NCBI RefSeq assembly: GCF_003018255.1
Contig: NZ_CP027440.1
Source of the DNA: Escherichia coli
GTDB taxonomy: Bacteria > Pseudomonadota > Gammaproteobacteria > Enterobacterales > Enterobacteriaceae
Direction: 5' to 3' (one strand)
Length of the DNA stretch: 64,000 nt
Positions 32,334 through 43,411 of this stretch are shown one piece after another (position 1 is the first letter of the stretch; each line of letters begins with the position of its first letter). The notes under the pieces are model-generated. The model saw only the letters and a program-made list of their open reading frames with translations. It was not told the origin of the DNA and made no database searches. A program made the translations under genes and the position numbers.

Positions 32334-32924
32334 TTACTGGTAAGTAATGGTATATGCTGAGTTAGTTTTTACATAACCGGCAGTTGCTGCTTTGCTTGCA
32401 TCAGCACGAACATAGGATGCTTTAAAATCGTAGGTTGCAGTTTTAGACGTTGCATCCAGAGTTTTGCTGTAAACATCACCCGGATTATTAACCTGAACCT
32501 GCTTAATAGTGGAACCTTCAATATTATGCAGGGCAATATTCACACCATCAGATGGATTATTGATAGACATATCGTTATTCAGAGTACCTTTGCTATTGCT
32601 AAAGAACACGGAACCGAAAGTCATTTTTGCAGTAGTACCCGGAGCCGGGTTAGCTTTGCTGCAGTCAATAGTAATGCTGAATGGCTTAGCTTTAGCACCT
32701 ACGGTGGTATCCAGTACACCATCGGTGATTTCAGCAACAGTAGCGGTTTGCAGCAGGATCAAACCATCTTTGTTACCGCCATCAACACGAGCTTCACAGG
32801 TGTTATCAACGACCAGGCCGCTAATATTTAACTGACCACCGTCCATATCGTTAGCAGCAAATGCAGTACCAGCAGCCATTGCCAACATAATACCAGACAG
32901 CGCAAAACCTAATTTTTTAGACAT
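32334..32924 (-). CDS. yadN: major fimbrial subunit-like protein
   Basis: [32 protein letters not shown]...; first gene of the yad operon; ORF-track extension rejected. Confidence 0.88.
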   Translation of the reverse strand: MSKKLGFALSGIMLAMAAGTAFAANDMDGGQLNISGLVVDNTCEARVDGGNKDGLILLQTATVAEITDGVLDTTVGAKAKPFSITIDCSKANPAPGTTAKMTFGSVFFSNSKGTLNNDMSINNPSDGVNIALHNIEGSTIKQVQVNNPGDVYSKTLDATSKTATYDFKASYVRADASKAATAGYVKTNSAYTITYQ

Positions 32925-33101
32925 AAAAATCCTTGAATAATATTCCATAGAGAGATAACCGCACCGCATGACGATAAGAGTCTGCTGCAATGCTGCGTAA
33001 CAAAATCGTTACTGTGTTAATGATGTTTGTCTGTTGTTTACCAACTATTACATTCATTCATCATCGGGATGGCTATTTTGCATAATGTGATAGCATATGC
33101 A

Positions 33102-33142
33102 ATTTAATTTTACTAAAAATAAAAGTTAGTAAAATTAAATTT
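33102..33142. promoter_or_regulatory. perfect 16-bp inverted repeat (AATTTAATTTTACTAA-N9-TTAGTAAAATTAAATT) in AT-rich yad operon upstream region
   Basis: read directly from sequence; lies ~180-220 bp upstream of yadN start and ~145 bp downstream of folK stop. Confidence 0.5.
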
Positions 33143-33285
33143 GAAAGCTAAGAGGGATAGTGTATGGCGTGAGAATTACGGGAAGGTATATTATATTTTC
33201 TAAAATTTTATTTATCTTAATGATATTGTTTTGGCAATAACTTGAGGTTGTTTTCAGAATATATTTATATTCACACGAATAATAA

Positions 33286-33765
33286 TTACCACTTATCTAA
33301 TTCATTAAAGCCTTTTGCCTGTAGAGCTTCAACTAATGATAAGCCATCAGGAAATAGCAATTCCGGCGCAATTTCAAACAGTGGCCACAGCATAAAGCCG
33401 CGATTTTTCATATCGTAGTGCGGAACGGTCAGACGTTCGGTATTTATTACTTCATTACCAAACAGCATGATGTCGAGATCCAGCGTGCGCGGTCCCCAGC
33501 GTTCAGCTTTACGGACGCGACCTTGCTGCAATTCGATACGCTGTGTGTGATTGAGTAGCTCTTCAGGGGCAAGAGTGGTTTTCAGCGCGACGGCTGCATT
33601 TAAGTAATCGGGTTGATCTTGCGGCCCCAGCGGTGGGGTGCGGTAAAACGAAGAAACAGCAAGAATGCGGCTTTCTGGAATATCGCCTAATGCTTTCAGG
33701 GCAGCATTGACCTGCTCCAGCGGAGAGGCCAGATTGCTGCCGATGGCAATATACGCCACTGTCAT
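33286..33765 (-). CDS. folK: 2-amino-4-hydroxy-6-hydroxymethyldihydropteridine pyrophosphokinase
   Basis: [61 protein letters not shown]... Confidence 0.95.
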
Positions 33766-35159
33766 GCGGTACCCTCACGACGCGGTGCGCGTTTGCGTGG
33801 ACGACGAGTACGGCGACGCGGTGACGGTTCTTCATCCAGTTCGTTAAGCATCCCTTTTTGGTCTGGTGGCGCGGAAACCTGGAACTCACCCCACCATTTC
33901 ACCAGACGTTGCAGTTCAGCGTTACGCTCAACTTCGGCTCGTAAGGCCAACAGGTCGTATGCCGCACGGAACTTAGGATGCTCCAGCAGTTTCCAGGCGC
34001 GTTTACCCTGACGTCGGGACATACGCAACTGCAACTGCCAGATATCGCGGGTTAACGTCGTCAGACGTTTCGGGATCGCCAGTGAACGACAGGCTTCGTC
34101 CAGCACGTCGTTCATCGCCAGCGCGAAAGCGTCGTGATAGGTCAGGCCGCTTTCCTGGGCGATCTTCTGTGCCGTCTCCAGCAGTGGGTACCAGAACATG
34201 GCGGCAAACAGGAACGCCGGGTTCACGCGCATATCGTTATGGATACGCGTATCGGTATTCTTCAGCACCTGTTCAATGATCCGCTCCATCGGGCTGTCGC
34301 CATTTTCCGTGAAGTAGCGGGTAATGGTCGGGAACAGCGGCTGGAACAGGTGATATTCACACAGCAGCTTATAGGTTTCGTAACCGTAGCCCGCTTGCAG
34401 CAGTTTCAAAGATTCTTCAAACAGACGTGCCGGTGGAATATCGTTCAGCAGGGTAGCCAGGCGAGGGATCGGTTCTGCGGTTTCAGGACTGATACGCATA
34501 CCCAATTTGGCGGCAAAACGTACCGCGCGCAGCATCCGTACCGGATCTTCACGGTAGCGCGTTTCCGGGTTACCAATCAGACGGATAACGCCGTCCTTCA
34601 GATCCTTCATGCCGCCAACGTAATCACGGACGGTAAAATCTGCCACGCTGTAATACAGGCTGTTGATAGTGAAATCGCGGCGCTGGGCGTCTTCTTCGAT
34701 GGAGCCGAAAATGTTGTCGCGCAGCAACATGCCGTTTTGCCCGCGTTGGGAGGTCGTGCGGTCGCTGACGTTACCTTCGTGATGTCCACGGAAGGTCGCA
34801 ACTTCGATAATCTCCGGGCCAAACATCACATGAGCCAGACGGAAACGGCGACCCACCAGGCGGCAGTTACGGAACAGTTTACGTACCTGTTCAGGCGTGG
34901 CGTTAGTGGTTACGTCAAAATCTTTCGGCTTTTTGCCAAGTAACAGGTCGCGCACGCCACCGCCAACCAGCCAGGCTTCGTATCCCGCTTTATTGAGCCT
35001 GTACATTACCTTCAGGGCATTTTCACTGATATCTTTGCGGGAAATAGCATGCTGCTCACGCGGGATCACCGTCACCTGTGGACGGGCGACTGCCTGTTCA
35101 GCCTCGCTTTCCTCGCGGCTTAGCACCTTGCGGCAAAAATTAGCGACTCGGGTAAAAAT
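33762..35159 (-). CDS. pcnB: poly(A) polymerase I
   Basis: translation (I->M)[42 protein letters not shown]...; no in-frame ATG at the N-terminus, start assigned to ATT at 35159-35157 following the known non-canonical AUU initiation of pcnB; 4-bp overlap with folK. Confidence 0.88.
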
Positions 35160-35218
35160 AGTACACCTCGGTAGTGTCAAACATCATTCAGGACAAAAAA
35201 ATAGCGGCTAATCATAGC

Positions 35219-36145
35219 TCAGCATGACGCATTTGAGAATGTTGAATTTACAATTGCCGACTCAGGCACGGCGGTAAGCCGCCAGTTTTTGACGGCTGAC
35301 TGAAGGATTTGCTCGACGCTGAAATCCTGCCAGTGTGCTTCTGCCTGCTGACCCAGAAATTGAAGTGCCGCGATTAGTACCGGGCGCGGATCGCCTTTCG
35401 GCAACGCAGGCGCATGATTCTGCTTGGAAAGTTTAGCGCCTTGTGTGTTAAGCGCCAGCGGTAAATGAATGTAATCTGGCACTTTCCAGCCAAAAAGCTG
35501 GTACAGCGAGATTTGCCGCACTGTCGGTTCGATCAAATCTGCCCCGCGGACAATTTCGCTCACGCCCTGGAAGTGATCATCCACCACCACCGCCAGGTTA
35601 TAGGCAAACAAACCATCACGGCGATGAATAATAAAATCTTCCCGCGCCAGTTTTTCGTTGGCGTGAATAATGCCGCGCAGCTGATCAGTAAATAGCGTGA
35701 CCGGATGCTGCTGGCGGATACGTACTGCGGCGTTGTCTGGTCCATGATGCAATTCCCGGCAATGACCGTCGTAAATACCGCCAATGCTTTGAATACGCGC
35801 GCGCGTGCAGGTGCAGTAATAACTTAGTCCTTGCTCATGTAACCAGGCGAGTGCTTCGCGATAGGCATCGTGACGTTGCGATTGCCAGAGAACGTCGCCG
35901 TCCCAGTGCAGACCGTAATGTTCCAGCTGGCGCAGGATAGTCTCTGCGGCACCGGGAACTTCACGAGGCGGGTCGATATCTTCAATGCGTACCAGCCAGC
36001 GACCTTGCCGGGCGCGAGCCTGTAAATAGCTGCCAAGCGCGGCAATCAGAGAGCCAAAATGAAGCTCGCCGGAAGGAGAGGGGGCAAAGCGGCCAATATA
36101 GTGTGTGTCTGTCATCTCGTTGAACAAAAAATAAGGCGGGAGCAT
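35219..36145 (-). CDS. gluQ: glutamyl-Q tRNA(Asp) synthetase
   Basis: [33 protein letters not shown]... (class I aaRS HIGH-like motif); formerly yadB. Confidence 0.9.
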   Translation of the reverse strand: MLPPYFLFNEMTDTHYIGRFAPSPSGELHFGSLIAALGSYLQARARQGRWLVRIEDIDPPREVPGAAETILRQLEHYGLHWDGDVLWQSQRHDAYREALAWLHEQGLSYYCTCTRARIQSIGGIYDGHCRELHHGPDNAAVRIRQQHPVTLFTDQLRGIIHANEKLAREDFIIHRRDGLFAYNLAVVVDDHFQGVSEIVRGADLIEPTVRQISLYQLFGWKVPDYIHLPLALNTQGAKLSKQNHAPALPKGDPRPVLIAALQFLGQQAEAHWQDFSVEQILQSAVKNWRLTAVPESAIVNSTFSNASC

Positions 36146-36154
36146 TTCCCGCCT
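36120..36154 (-). terminator. dksA rho-independent terminator whose hairpin and U-tract overlap the gluQ start codon
   Basis: on the minus strand AGGCGGGAAATGCTCCCGCCT followed by TATTTTTTGTTC; the hairpin loop contains the gluQ ATG. Confidence 0.65.
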
Positions 36155-36181
36155 GTGGTAAACGTGATGGAACGGCTGTAT

Positions 36182-36637
36182 TTAGCCAGCCATTTGTTTT
36201 TCGCGAATTTCAGCCAGCGTTTTGCAGTCGATGCACAGATCGGCTGTCGGGCGCGCTTCCAGACGGCGAATACCAATTTCAACACCGCAGGATTCGCAGT
36301 AGCCGAAATCTTCGTCTTCCACTTTTTTCAGCGTCTTCTCGATCTTTTTGATCAGCTTACGCTCGCGATCGCGGTTACGCAGTTCGAGGCTGAACTCTTC
36401 TTCCTGGGCTGCACGGTCTACCGGGTCCGGGAAGTTGGCTGCTTCATCCTGCATATGTGTAACGGTGCGATCGACTTCATCCCTGAGTTGATTACGCCAT
36501 GCTTCCAGAATACGACGGAAGTGCGCCAGCTGGGCTTCATTCATATACTCTTCGCCCGGCTTCTCCTGATATGGTTCCACCCCAGCGATGGCGAGAATAC
36601 TCAGGGACGATGTTTTACGGTTTTGCCCTTCTTGCAT
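36182..36637 (-). CDS. dksA: RNA polymerase-binding transcription factor DksA
   Basis: [51 protein letters not shown]...; C4 zinc finger [25 protein letters not shown]. Confidence 0.95.
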   Translation of the reverse strand: MQEGQNRKTSSLSILAIAGVEPYQEKPGEEYMNEAQLAHFRRILEAWRNQLRDEVDRTVTHMQDEAANFPDPVDRAAQEEEFSLELRNRDRERKLIKKIEKTLKKVEDEDFGYCESCGVEIGIRRLEARPTADLCIDCKTLAEIREKQMAG

Positions 36638-36814
36638 GTTGCTTCTCCTTAACACGCACTATCGATCCCCATGTTCGGGGGAAAAATGAGGCCGCTATAA
36701 ATAGCAGATGCTTTTCCGGATAGCAATTATCTAAACGTAACACTTGACAACTGTGTGAGGAAAAGCGTATTTGCGCACGCGACCAGAATGTAAATTAACC
36801 AGTTACATACTTTA

Positions 36815-38064
<1,250 letters not shown>

Positions 38065-38137
38065 GTGAGGCACTCGGTTATGAATTACCGCGATGCTACA
38101 ATGTGGCGCGAAGAATGTTAACCCACTGGAGCGTTTT

Positions 38138-40567
38138 GTGTCGTCGTTGCCCGTTGCTGCCGTCTTACCTGAGTTACTTGCTGCTCTCGATTGTGCATCG
38201 CAGGTGTTATTAAGTGCGCCGACCGGGGCCGGGAAATCAACCTGGCTGCCGCTGCAACTGCTGGCGCATCCCGGCATTAACGGGAAAATTATCCTGCTGG
38301 AGCCGCGTCGTCTGGCGGCGCGTAACGTTGCGCAACGACTGGCGGAGCTGCTTAACGAAAAGCCAGGCGATACCGTTGGCTACCGGATGCGTGCGCAAAA
38401 CTGCGTCGGGCCGAATACCCGCCTGGAAGTGGTTACCGAAGGCGTGCTGACGCGGATGATCCAGCGTGACCCGGAACTGAGCGGTGTTGGATTGGTGATC
38501 CTTGATGAATTTCATGAGCGCAGCTTGCAGGCGGATTTGGCGTTGGCGCTGTTACTCGATGTGCAACAAGGTCTGCGTGATGACCTTAAACTGCTGATTA
38601 TGTCGGCTACGCTGGACAACGACCGCTTGCAGCAAATGCTGCCAGAAGCGCCCGTCGTCATCTCAGAAGGGCGCTCGTTTCCGGTTGAACGCCGTTATTT
38701 GCCGCTGCCCGCTCATCAGCGTTTTGACGAAGCCGTCGCGGTTGCCACCGCCGAAATGCTGCGTCAGGAAAGTGGATCATTACTGTTATTTTTACCTGGC
38801 GTCGGAGAAATTCAGCGTGTGCAGGAACAACTGGCTTCACGCATCGGCAGTGATGTGTTGCTCTGCCCGCTGTATGGCGCGTTGTCGCTGAACGATCAGC
38901 GAAAAGCGATCCTCCCGGCACCGCAAGGGATACGTAAAGTGGTGCTGGCGACCAATATTGCTGAAACCAGTTTAACCATCGAAGGTATTCGTCTGGTGGT
39001 GGATTGTGCCCAGGAGCGTGTGGCGCATTTTGATCCGCGTACAGGGCTTACGCGGCTGGTTACTCAACGCGTTAGTCAGGCGTCGATGACGCAACGTGCC
39101 GGGCGTGCCGGGCGTCTGGAGCCGGGTATCTGCCTGCATTTAATCGCCAAAGAACAAGCAGAACGCGCTGCCGCGCAAAGTGAACCGGAGATCTTACAAA
39201 GCGATCTTTCCGGTTTGCTGATGGAATTACTGCAATGGGGATGCAGCGATACGGCGCAGATGAGCTGGCTGGATCAACCGCCAACGGTGAATCTACAGGC
39301 CGCGAAACGGCTGTTACAAATGCTGGGGGCGCTGGAGGGTGAACGGCTTAGCGCACAAGGGCAAAAAATGGCAGTGCTGGGTAGCGATCCGCGTTTAGCG
39401 GCAATGCTGGTTAGCGCGAAGAACGACGACGAAGCTGCTACCGCGGCAAAAATTGCCGCCATTCTCGAAGAGCCGCCACGGATGGGCAATAGTGACCTGG
39501 GCGTGGCGTTTTCGCGCAATCAACCCGCCTGGCAGCAACGTAGTCAGCAACTGTTAAAACGCTTAAACGTACGCGGCGGTGAGGCAGACAGTTCGCTTAT
39601 CGCGCCGCTACTTGCCGGGGCGTATGCCGATCGCATTGCTTGTCGCCGTGGGCAAGATGGACGCTATCAACTGGCAAACGGCATGGGGGCGATGCTCGAT
39701 GCCGACGATGCGCTAAGCCGCTACGAATGGTTGATCGCACCGTTATTATTGCAGGGCAGCGCCTCGCCGGATGCGCGGATTTTACTGGCGCTACCGGTCG
39801 ATATCGATGAATTAGTACAACGCTGTCCGCAGCTGGTACAGCAGTCGGACACCGTGGAATGGGATGACGCGCAAGGCACGCTGAAAGCCTGGCGTCGGCT
39901 GCAAATCGGTCAGTTGACGGTGAAAGTGCAGCCACTGGCGAAACCCTCGGAAGACGAGTTGCATCAGGCGATGCTTAACGGCATCCGTGATAAAGGTTTA
40001 AGCGTGCTCAACTGGACGGCGGAAGCGGAACAGCTACGCTTGCGTTTGTTATTCGCCGCAAAGTGGTTGCCGGAATATGACTGGCCAGCGGTTGATGATG
40101 AGAGTTTGTTGGCGACGCTGGAAACGTGGCTACTGCCGCATATGAGCGGCGTGCATTCACTACGCGGCCTGAAATCACTCGACATTTATCAGGCGCTACG
40201 CGGATTACTTGATTGGGGAATGCAGCAACGTCTGGATAGTGAATTGCCTGCGCATTACACTGTGCCGACGGGAAGCCGGATCGCCATTCGTTATCATGAA
40301 GATAAACCGCCCGCGCTGGCGGTGAGAATGCAGGAGATGTTTGGTGAGGCCACCAATCCGACGATCGCCCAGGGGCGCGTGCCGCTGGTGCTGGAGTTGC
40401 TTTCCCCTGCCCAAAGGCCATTACAAATCACACGAGATTTGAGCGCCTTCTGGAAAGGAGCGTACCGTGAGGTGCAAAAAGAGATGAAAGGGCGTTATCC
40501 CAAACATGTCTGGCCGGACGACCCGGCAAATACTGCACCGACGCGACGGACGAAAAAGTATTCGTGA
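38138..40567 (+). CDS. hrpB: ATP-dependent RNA helicase HrpB (DEAH-box)
   Basis: from GTG 38138: (M)SSLPVAAVLPELLAALDCASQVLLSAPTGAGKSTWLP...; DEFH box ILDEFHERS. Confidence 0.9.
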   Translation: MSSLPVAAVLPELLAALDCASQVLLSAPTGAGKSTWLPLQLLAHPGINGKIILLEPRRLAARNVAQRLAELLNEKPGDTVGYRMRAQNCVGPNTRLEVVTEGVLTRMIQRDPELSGVGLVILDEFHERSLQADLALALLLDVQQGLRDDLKLLIMSATLDNDRLQQMLPEAPVVISEGRSFPVERRYLPLPAHQRFDEAVAVATAEMLRQESGSLLLFLPGVGEIQRVQEQLASRIGSDVLLCPLYGALSLNDQRKAILPAPQGIRKVVLATNIAETSLTIEGIRLVVDCAQERVAHFDPRTGLTRLVTQRVSQASMTQRAGRAGRLEPGICLHLIAKEQAERAAAQSEPEILQSDLSGLLMELLQWGCSDTAQMSWLDQPPTVNLQAAKRLLQMLGALEGERLSAQGQKMAVLGSDPRLAAMLVSAKNDDEAATAAKIAAILEEPPRMGNSDLGVAFSRNQPAWQQRSQQLLKRLNVRGGEADSSLIAPLLAGAYADRIACRRGQDGRYQLANGMGAMLDADDALSRYEWLIAPLLLQGSASPDARILLALPVDIDELVQRCPQLVQQSDTVEWDDAQGTLKAWRRLQIGQLTVKVQPLAKPSEDELHQAMLNGIRDKGLSVLNWTAEAEQLRLRLLFAAKWLPEYDWPAVDDESLLATLETWLLPHMSGVHSLRGLKSLDIYQALRGLLDWGMQQRLDSELPAHYTVPTGSRIAIRYHEDKPPALAVRMQEMFGEATNPTIAQGRVPLVLELLSPAQRPLQITRDLSAFWKGAYREVQKEMKGRYPKHVWPDDPANTAPTRRTKKYS

Positions 40568-40660
40568 AGACCAAAGCAAATTTGAGAGATATCTTCTTCT
40601 GTCTTGCAACAGAAGAACAGAAAATCGGGCTTTTGCGCCTGAATATTGCGGAGAAAAAGC

Positions 40661-43192
40661 ATGGCCGGGAATGACCGCGAGCCAATTGGACGCAAAGGGA
40701 AACCGACGCGTCCGGTCAAACAAAAGGTAAGCCGTCGTCGTTACGAAGATGACGATTACGACGATTATGATGACTATGAGGATGAAGAACCGATGCCGCG
40801 CAAAGGTAAGGGCAAAGGCAAAGGGCGTAAGCCTCGTGGCAAACGCGGCTGGCTATGGCTGCTGCTAAAACTGGCTATCGTTTTTGCCGTGCTGATCGCC
40901 ATTTACGGCGTTTATCTCGATCAAAAAATTCGCAGCCGTATTGATGGCAAGGTCTGGCAATTGCCCGCGGCAGTTTATGGCCGAATGGTCAACCTTGAGC
41001 CAGACATGACCATCAGCAAGAACGAAATGGTGAAGCTGCTGGAGGCGACCCAGTATCGTCAGGTGTCGAAAATGACCCGTCCTGGCGAATTTACCGTGCA
41101 GGCCAACAGCATTGAGATGATCCGCCGTCCGTTTGATTTCCCGGACAGTAAAGAAGGGCAGGTGCGTGCGCGTCTGACCTTTGATGGCGATCATCTGGCG
41201 ACGATCGTCAATATGGAGAACAACCGTCAGTTTGGTTTCTTCCGTCTTGATCCGCGCCTGATCACCATGATCTCCTCGCCAAACGGTGAGCAGCGTTTGT
41301 TTGTGCCGCGCAGTGGTTTCCCGGATTTGCTGGTGGATACTTTGCTGGCGACAGAAGACCGCCATTTCTACGAGCATGATGGGATCAGTCTCTACTCCAT
41401 CGGACGTGCGGTGCTGGCAAACCTGACCGCCGGACGCACGGTGCAGGGTGCGAGTACGCTGACGCAACAGCTGGTGAAAAACCTGTTCCTCTCCAGCGAG
41501 CGCTCTTACTGGCGTAAAGCGAACGAAGCTTACATGGCGCTGATCATGGACGCGCGTTACAGCAAAGACCGTATTCTTGAGCTGTATATGAACGAGGTGT
41601 ATCTCGGTCAGAGCGGCGACAACGAAATCCGCGGCTTCCCGCTGGCGAGCTTGTATTACTTTGGTCGCCCAGTAGAAGAATTGAGCCTCGACCAGCAGGC
41701 GCTGTTGGTGGGTATGGTGAAAGGGGCGTCCATCTACAATCCGTGGCGTAACCCGAAACTGGCGTTGGAGCGACGTAATCTGGTACTGCGTCTGCTGCAA
41801 CAGCAACAGATTATTGATCAAGAACTCTATGACATGTTGAGTGCACGTCCGCTGGGGGTTCAGCCGCGCGGTGGGGTGATCTCTCCACAGCCAGCCTTTA
41901 TGCAACTGGTGCGTCAGGAGCTGCAGGCAAAACTGGGCGATAAGGTAAAAGATCTCTCCGGCGTGAAGATCTTCACTACCTTTGACTCGGTGGCCCAGGA
42001 CGCGGCAGAAAAAGCCGCCGTGGAAGGCATTCCGGCACTGAAGAAACAGCGTAAGTTGAGCGATCTTGAAACCGCGATTGTGGTCGTCGACCGCTTTAGT
42101 GGTGAAGTTCGTGCGATGGTTGGAGGTTCTGAGCCGCAGTTTGCGGGCTACAACCGTGCGATGCAGGCGCGTCGTTCGATTGGTTCCCTTGCAAAACCAG
42201 CGACTTATCTGACGGCCTTAAGCCAGCCGAAAATCTATCGCCTGAACACGTGGATTGCGGATGCGCCAATCGCGCTACGTCAGCCGAATGGCCAGGTCTG
42301 GTCACCGCAGAACGATGACCGTCGTTATAGCGAAAGCGGCAGAGTGATGCTGGTAGATGCGTTGACCCGTTCGATGAACGTGCCGACGGTGAATCTGGGC
42401 ATGGCGTTGGGGCTGCCTGCGGTTACGGAGACCTGGATTAAACTGGGTGTGCCGAAAGATCAACTGAATCCAGTTCCAGCAATGTTGTTGGGGGCGTTGA
42501 ACTTAACGCCAATCGAAGTGGCGCAGGCGTTCCAGACCATCGCCAGCGGTGGTAACCGTGCTCCGCTTTCTGCACTGCGTTCGGTAATCGCGGAAGATGG
42601 CAAGGTGCTGTATCAGAGCTTCCCGCAGGCGGAACGCGCTGTTCCGGCGCAGGCGGCGTATCTGACACTATGGACCATGCAGCAGGTGGTACAACGTGGT
42701 ACGGGGCGTCAGCTTGGGGCGAAATACCCGAACCTGCATCTGGCAGGGAAAACAGGGACTACCAACAATAACGTAGATACCTGGTTTGCGGGCATTGACG
42801 GCAGTACGGTGACCATCACCTGGGTAGGCCGTGATAACAACCAACCGACCAAATTGTATGGAGCCAGCGGGGCAATGTCGATTTATCAGCGTTATCTGGC
42901 TAACCAGACGCCAACACCGCTGAATCTTGTTCCGCCAGAAGATATTGCAGATATGGGCGTGGACTATGACGGCAACTTTGTTTGCAGCGGTGGCATGCGT
43001 GTCTTGCCGGTCTGGACCAGCGATCCGCAATCGCTGTGCCAGCAGAGTGAGATGCAGCAGCAGCCGTCAGGCAATCCGTTTGATCAGTCTTCTCAGCCGC
43101 AGCAACAGCCGCAACAGCAACCTGCTCAGCAAGAGCAGAAAGACAGCGACGGTGTAGCCGGTTGGATCAAGGATATGTTTGGTAGTAATTAA
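40661..43192 (+). CDS. mrcB: penicillin-binding protein 1B (bifunctional glycosyltransferase/transpeptidase)
   Basis: [43 protein letters not shown]...; acidic N-terminal tract, Q/P-rich C-terminus. Confidence 0.95.
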   Translation: MAGNDREPIGRKGKPTRPVKQKVSRRRYEDDDYDDYDDYEDEEPMPRKGKGKGKGRKPRGKRGWLWLLLKLAIVFAVLIAIYGVYLDQKIRSRIDGKVWQLPAAVYGRMVNLEPDMTISKNEMVKLLEATQYRQVSKMTRPGEFTVQANSIEMIRRPFDFPDSKEGQVRARLTFDGDHLATIVNMENNRQFGFFRLDPRLITMISSPNGEQRLFVPRSGFPDLLVDTLLATEDRHFYEHDGISLYSIGRAVLANLTAGRTVQGASTLTQQLVKNLFLSSERSYWRKANEAYMALIMDARYSKDRILELYMNEVYLGQSGDNEIRGFPLASLYYFGRPVEELSLDQQALLVGMVKGASIYNPWRNPKLALERRNLVLRLLQQQQIIDQELYDMLSARPLGVQPRGGVISPQPAFMQLVRQELQAKLGDKVKDLSGVKIFTTFDSVAQDAAEKAAVEGIPALKKQRKLSDLETAIVVVDRFSGEVRAMVGGSEPQFAGYNRAMQARRSIGSLAKPATYLTALSQPKIYRLNTWIADAPIALRQPNGQVWSPQNDDRRYSESGRVMLVDALTRSMNVPTVNLGMALGLPAVTETWIKLGVPKDQLNPVPAMLLGALNLTPIEVAQAFQTIASGGNRAPLSALRSVIAEDGKVLYQSFPQAERAVPAQAAYLTLWTMQQVVQRGTGRQLGAKYPNLHLAGKTGTTNNNVDTWFAGIDGSTVTITWVGRDNNQPTKLYGASGAMSIYQRYLANQTPTPLNLVPPEDIADMGVDYDGNFVCSGGMRVLPVWTSDPQSLCQQSEMQQQPSGNPFDQSSQPQQQPQQQPAQQEQKDSDGVAGWIKDMFGSN

Positions 43193-43208
43193 CGTCTAAG
43201 CGTGACAT

Positions 43209-43240
43209 ACCGGATGGCGAGTAGCCATCCGGTAAAATAA
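43209..43240 (+). terminator. hairpin ACCGGATGGC-GAGTA-GCCATCCGGT downstream of mrcB
   Basis: perfect 10-bp stem; followed by AAAATAA rather than a T-run, so strength uncertain. Confidence 0.45.
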
Positions 43241-43349
43241 CATCCCACCCAAAGTATTAACCCTTTCTTTTCATCTGGTTGTTTATTAACCCTTCAGGAA
43301 CGCTCAGATTGCGTACCGCTTGCGAACCCGCCAGCGTTTCGAATATTAT

Positions 43350-43392
43350 CTTATCTTTATAATAATCATTCTCGTTTACGTTATCATTCACT
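43350..43392 (+). promoter_or_regulatory. Fur box-like sequence in fhuA promoter region
   Basis: TTTATAATAATCATTCTC and GTTATCATTCAC resemble the GATAATGATAATCATTATC Fur consensus, 20-60 bp upstream of fhuA ATG. Confidence 0.55.
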
Positions 43393-43411
43393 TTATATCA
43401 GAGATATACCA

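Noticed and set aside
40865-41905. 346-aa minus-strand ORF
   Set aside because: Antisense to mrcB; shadow ORF.
40661-43192. Possible length difference in mrcB (843 aa here versus 844 aa recalled for K-12)
   Set aside because: A one-codon difference in a Gln/Pro-rich tail is within the uncertainty of my recollection; not reported as a finding.
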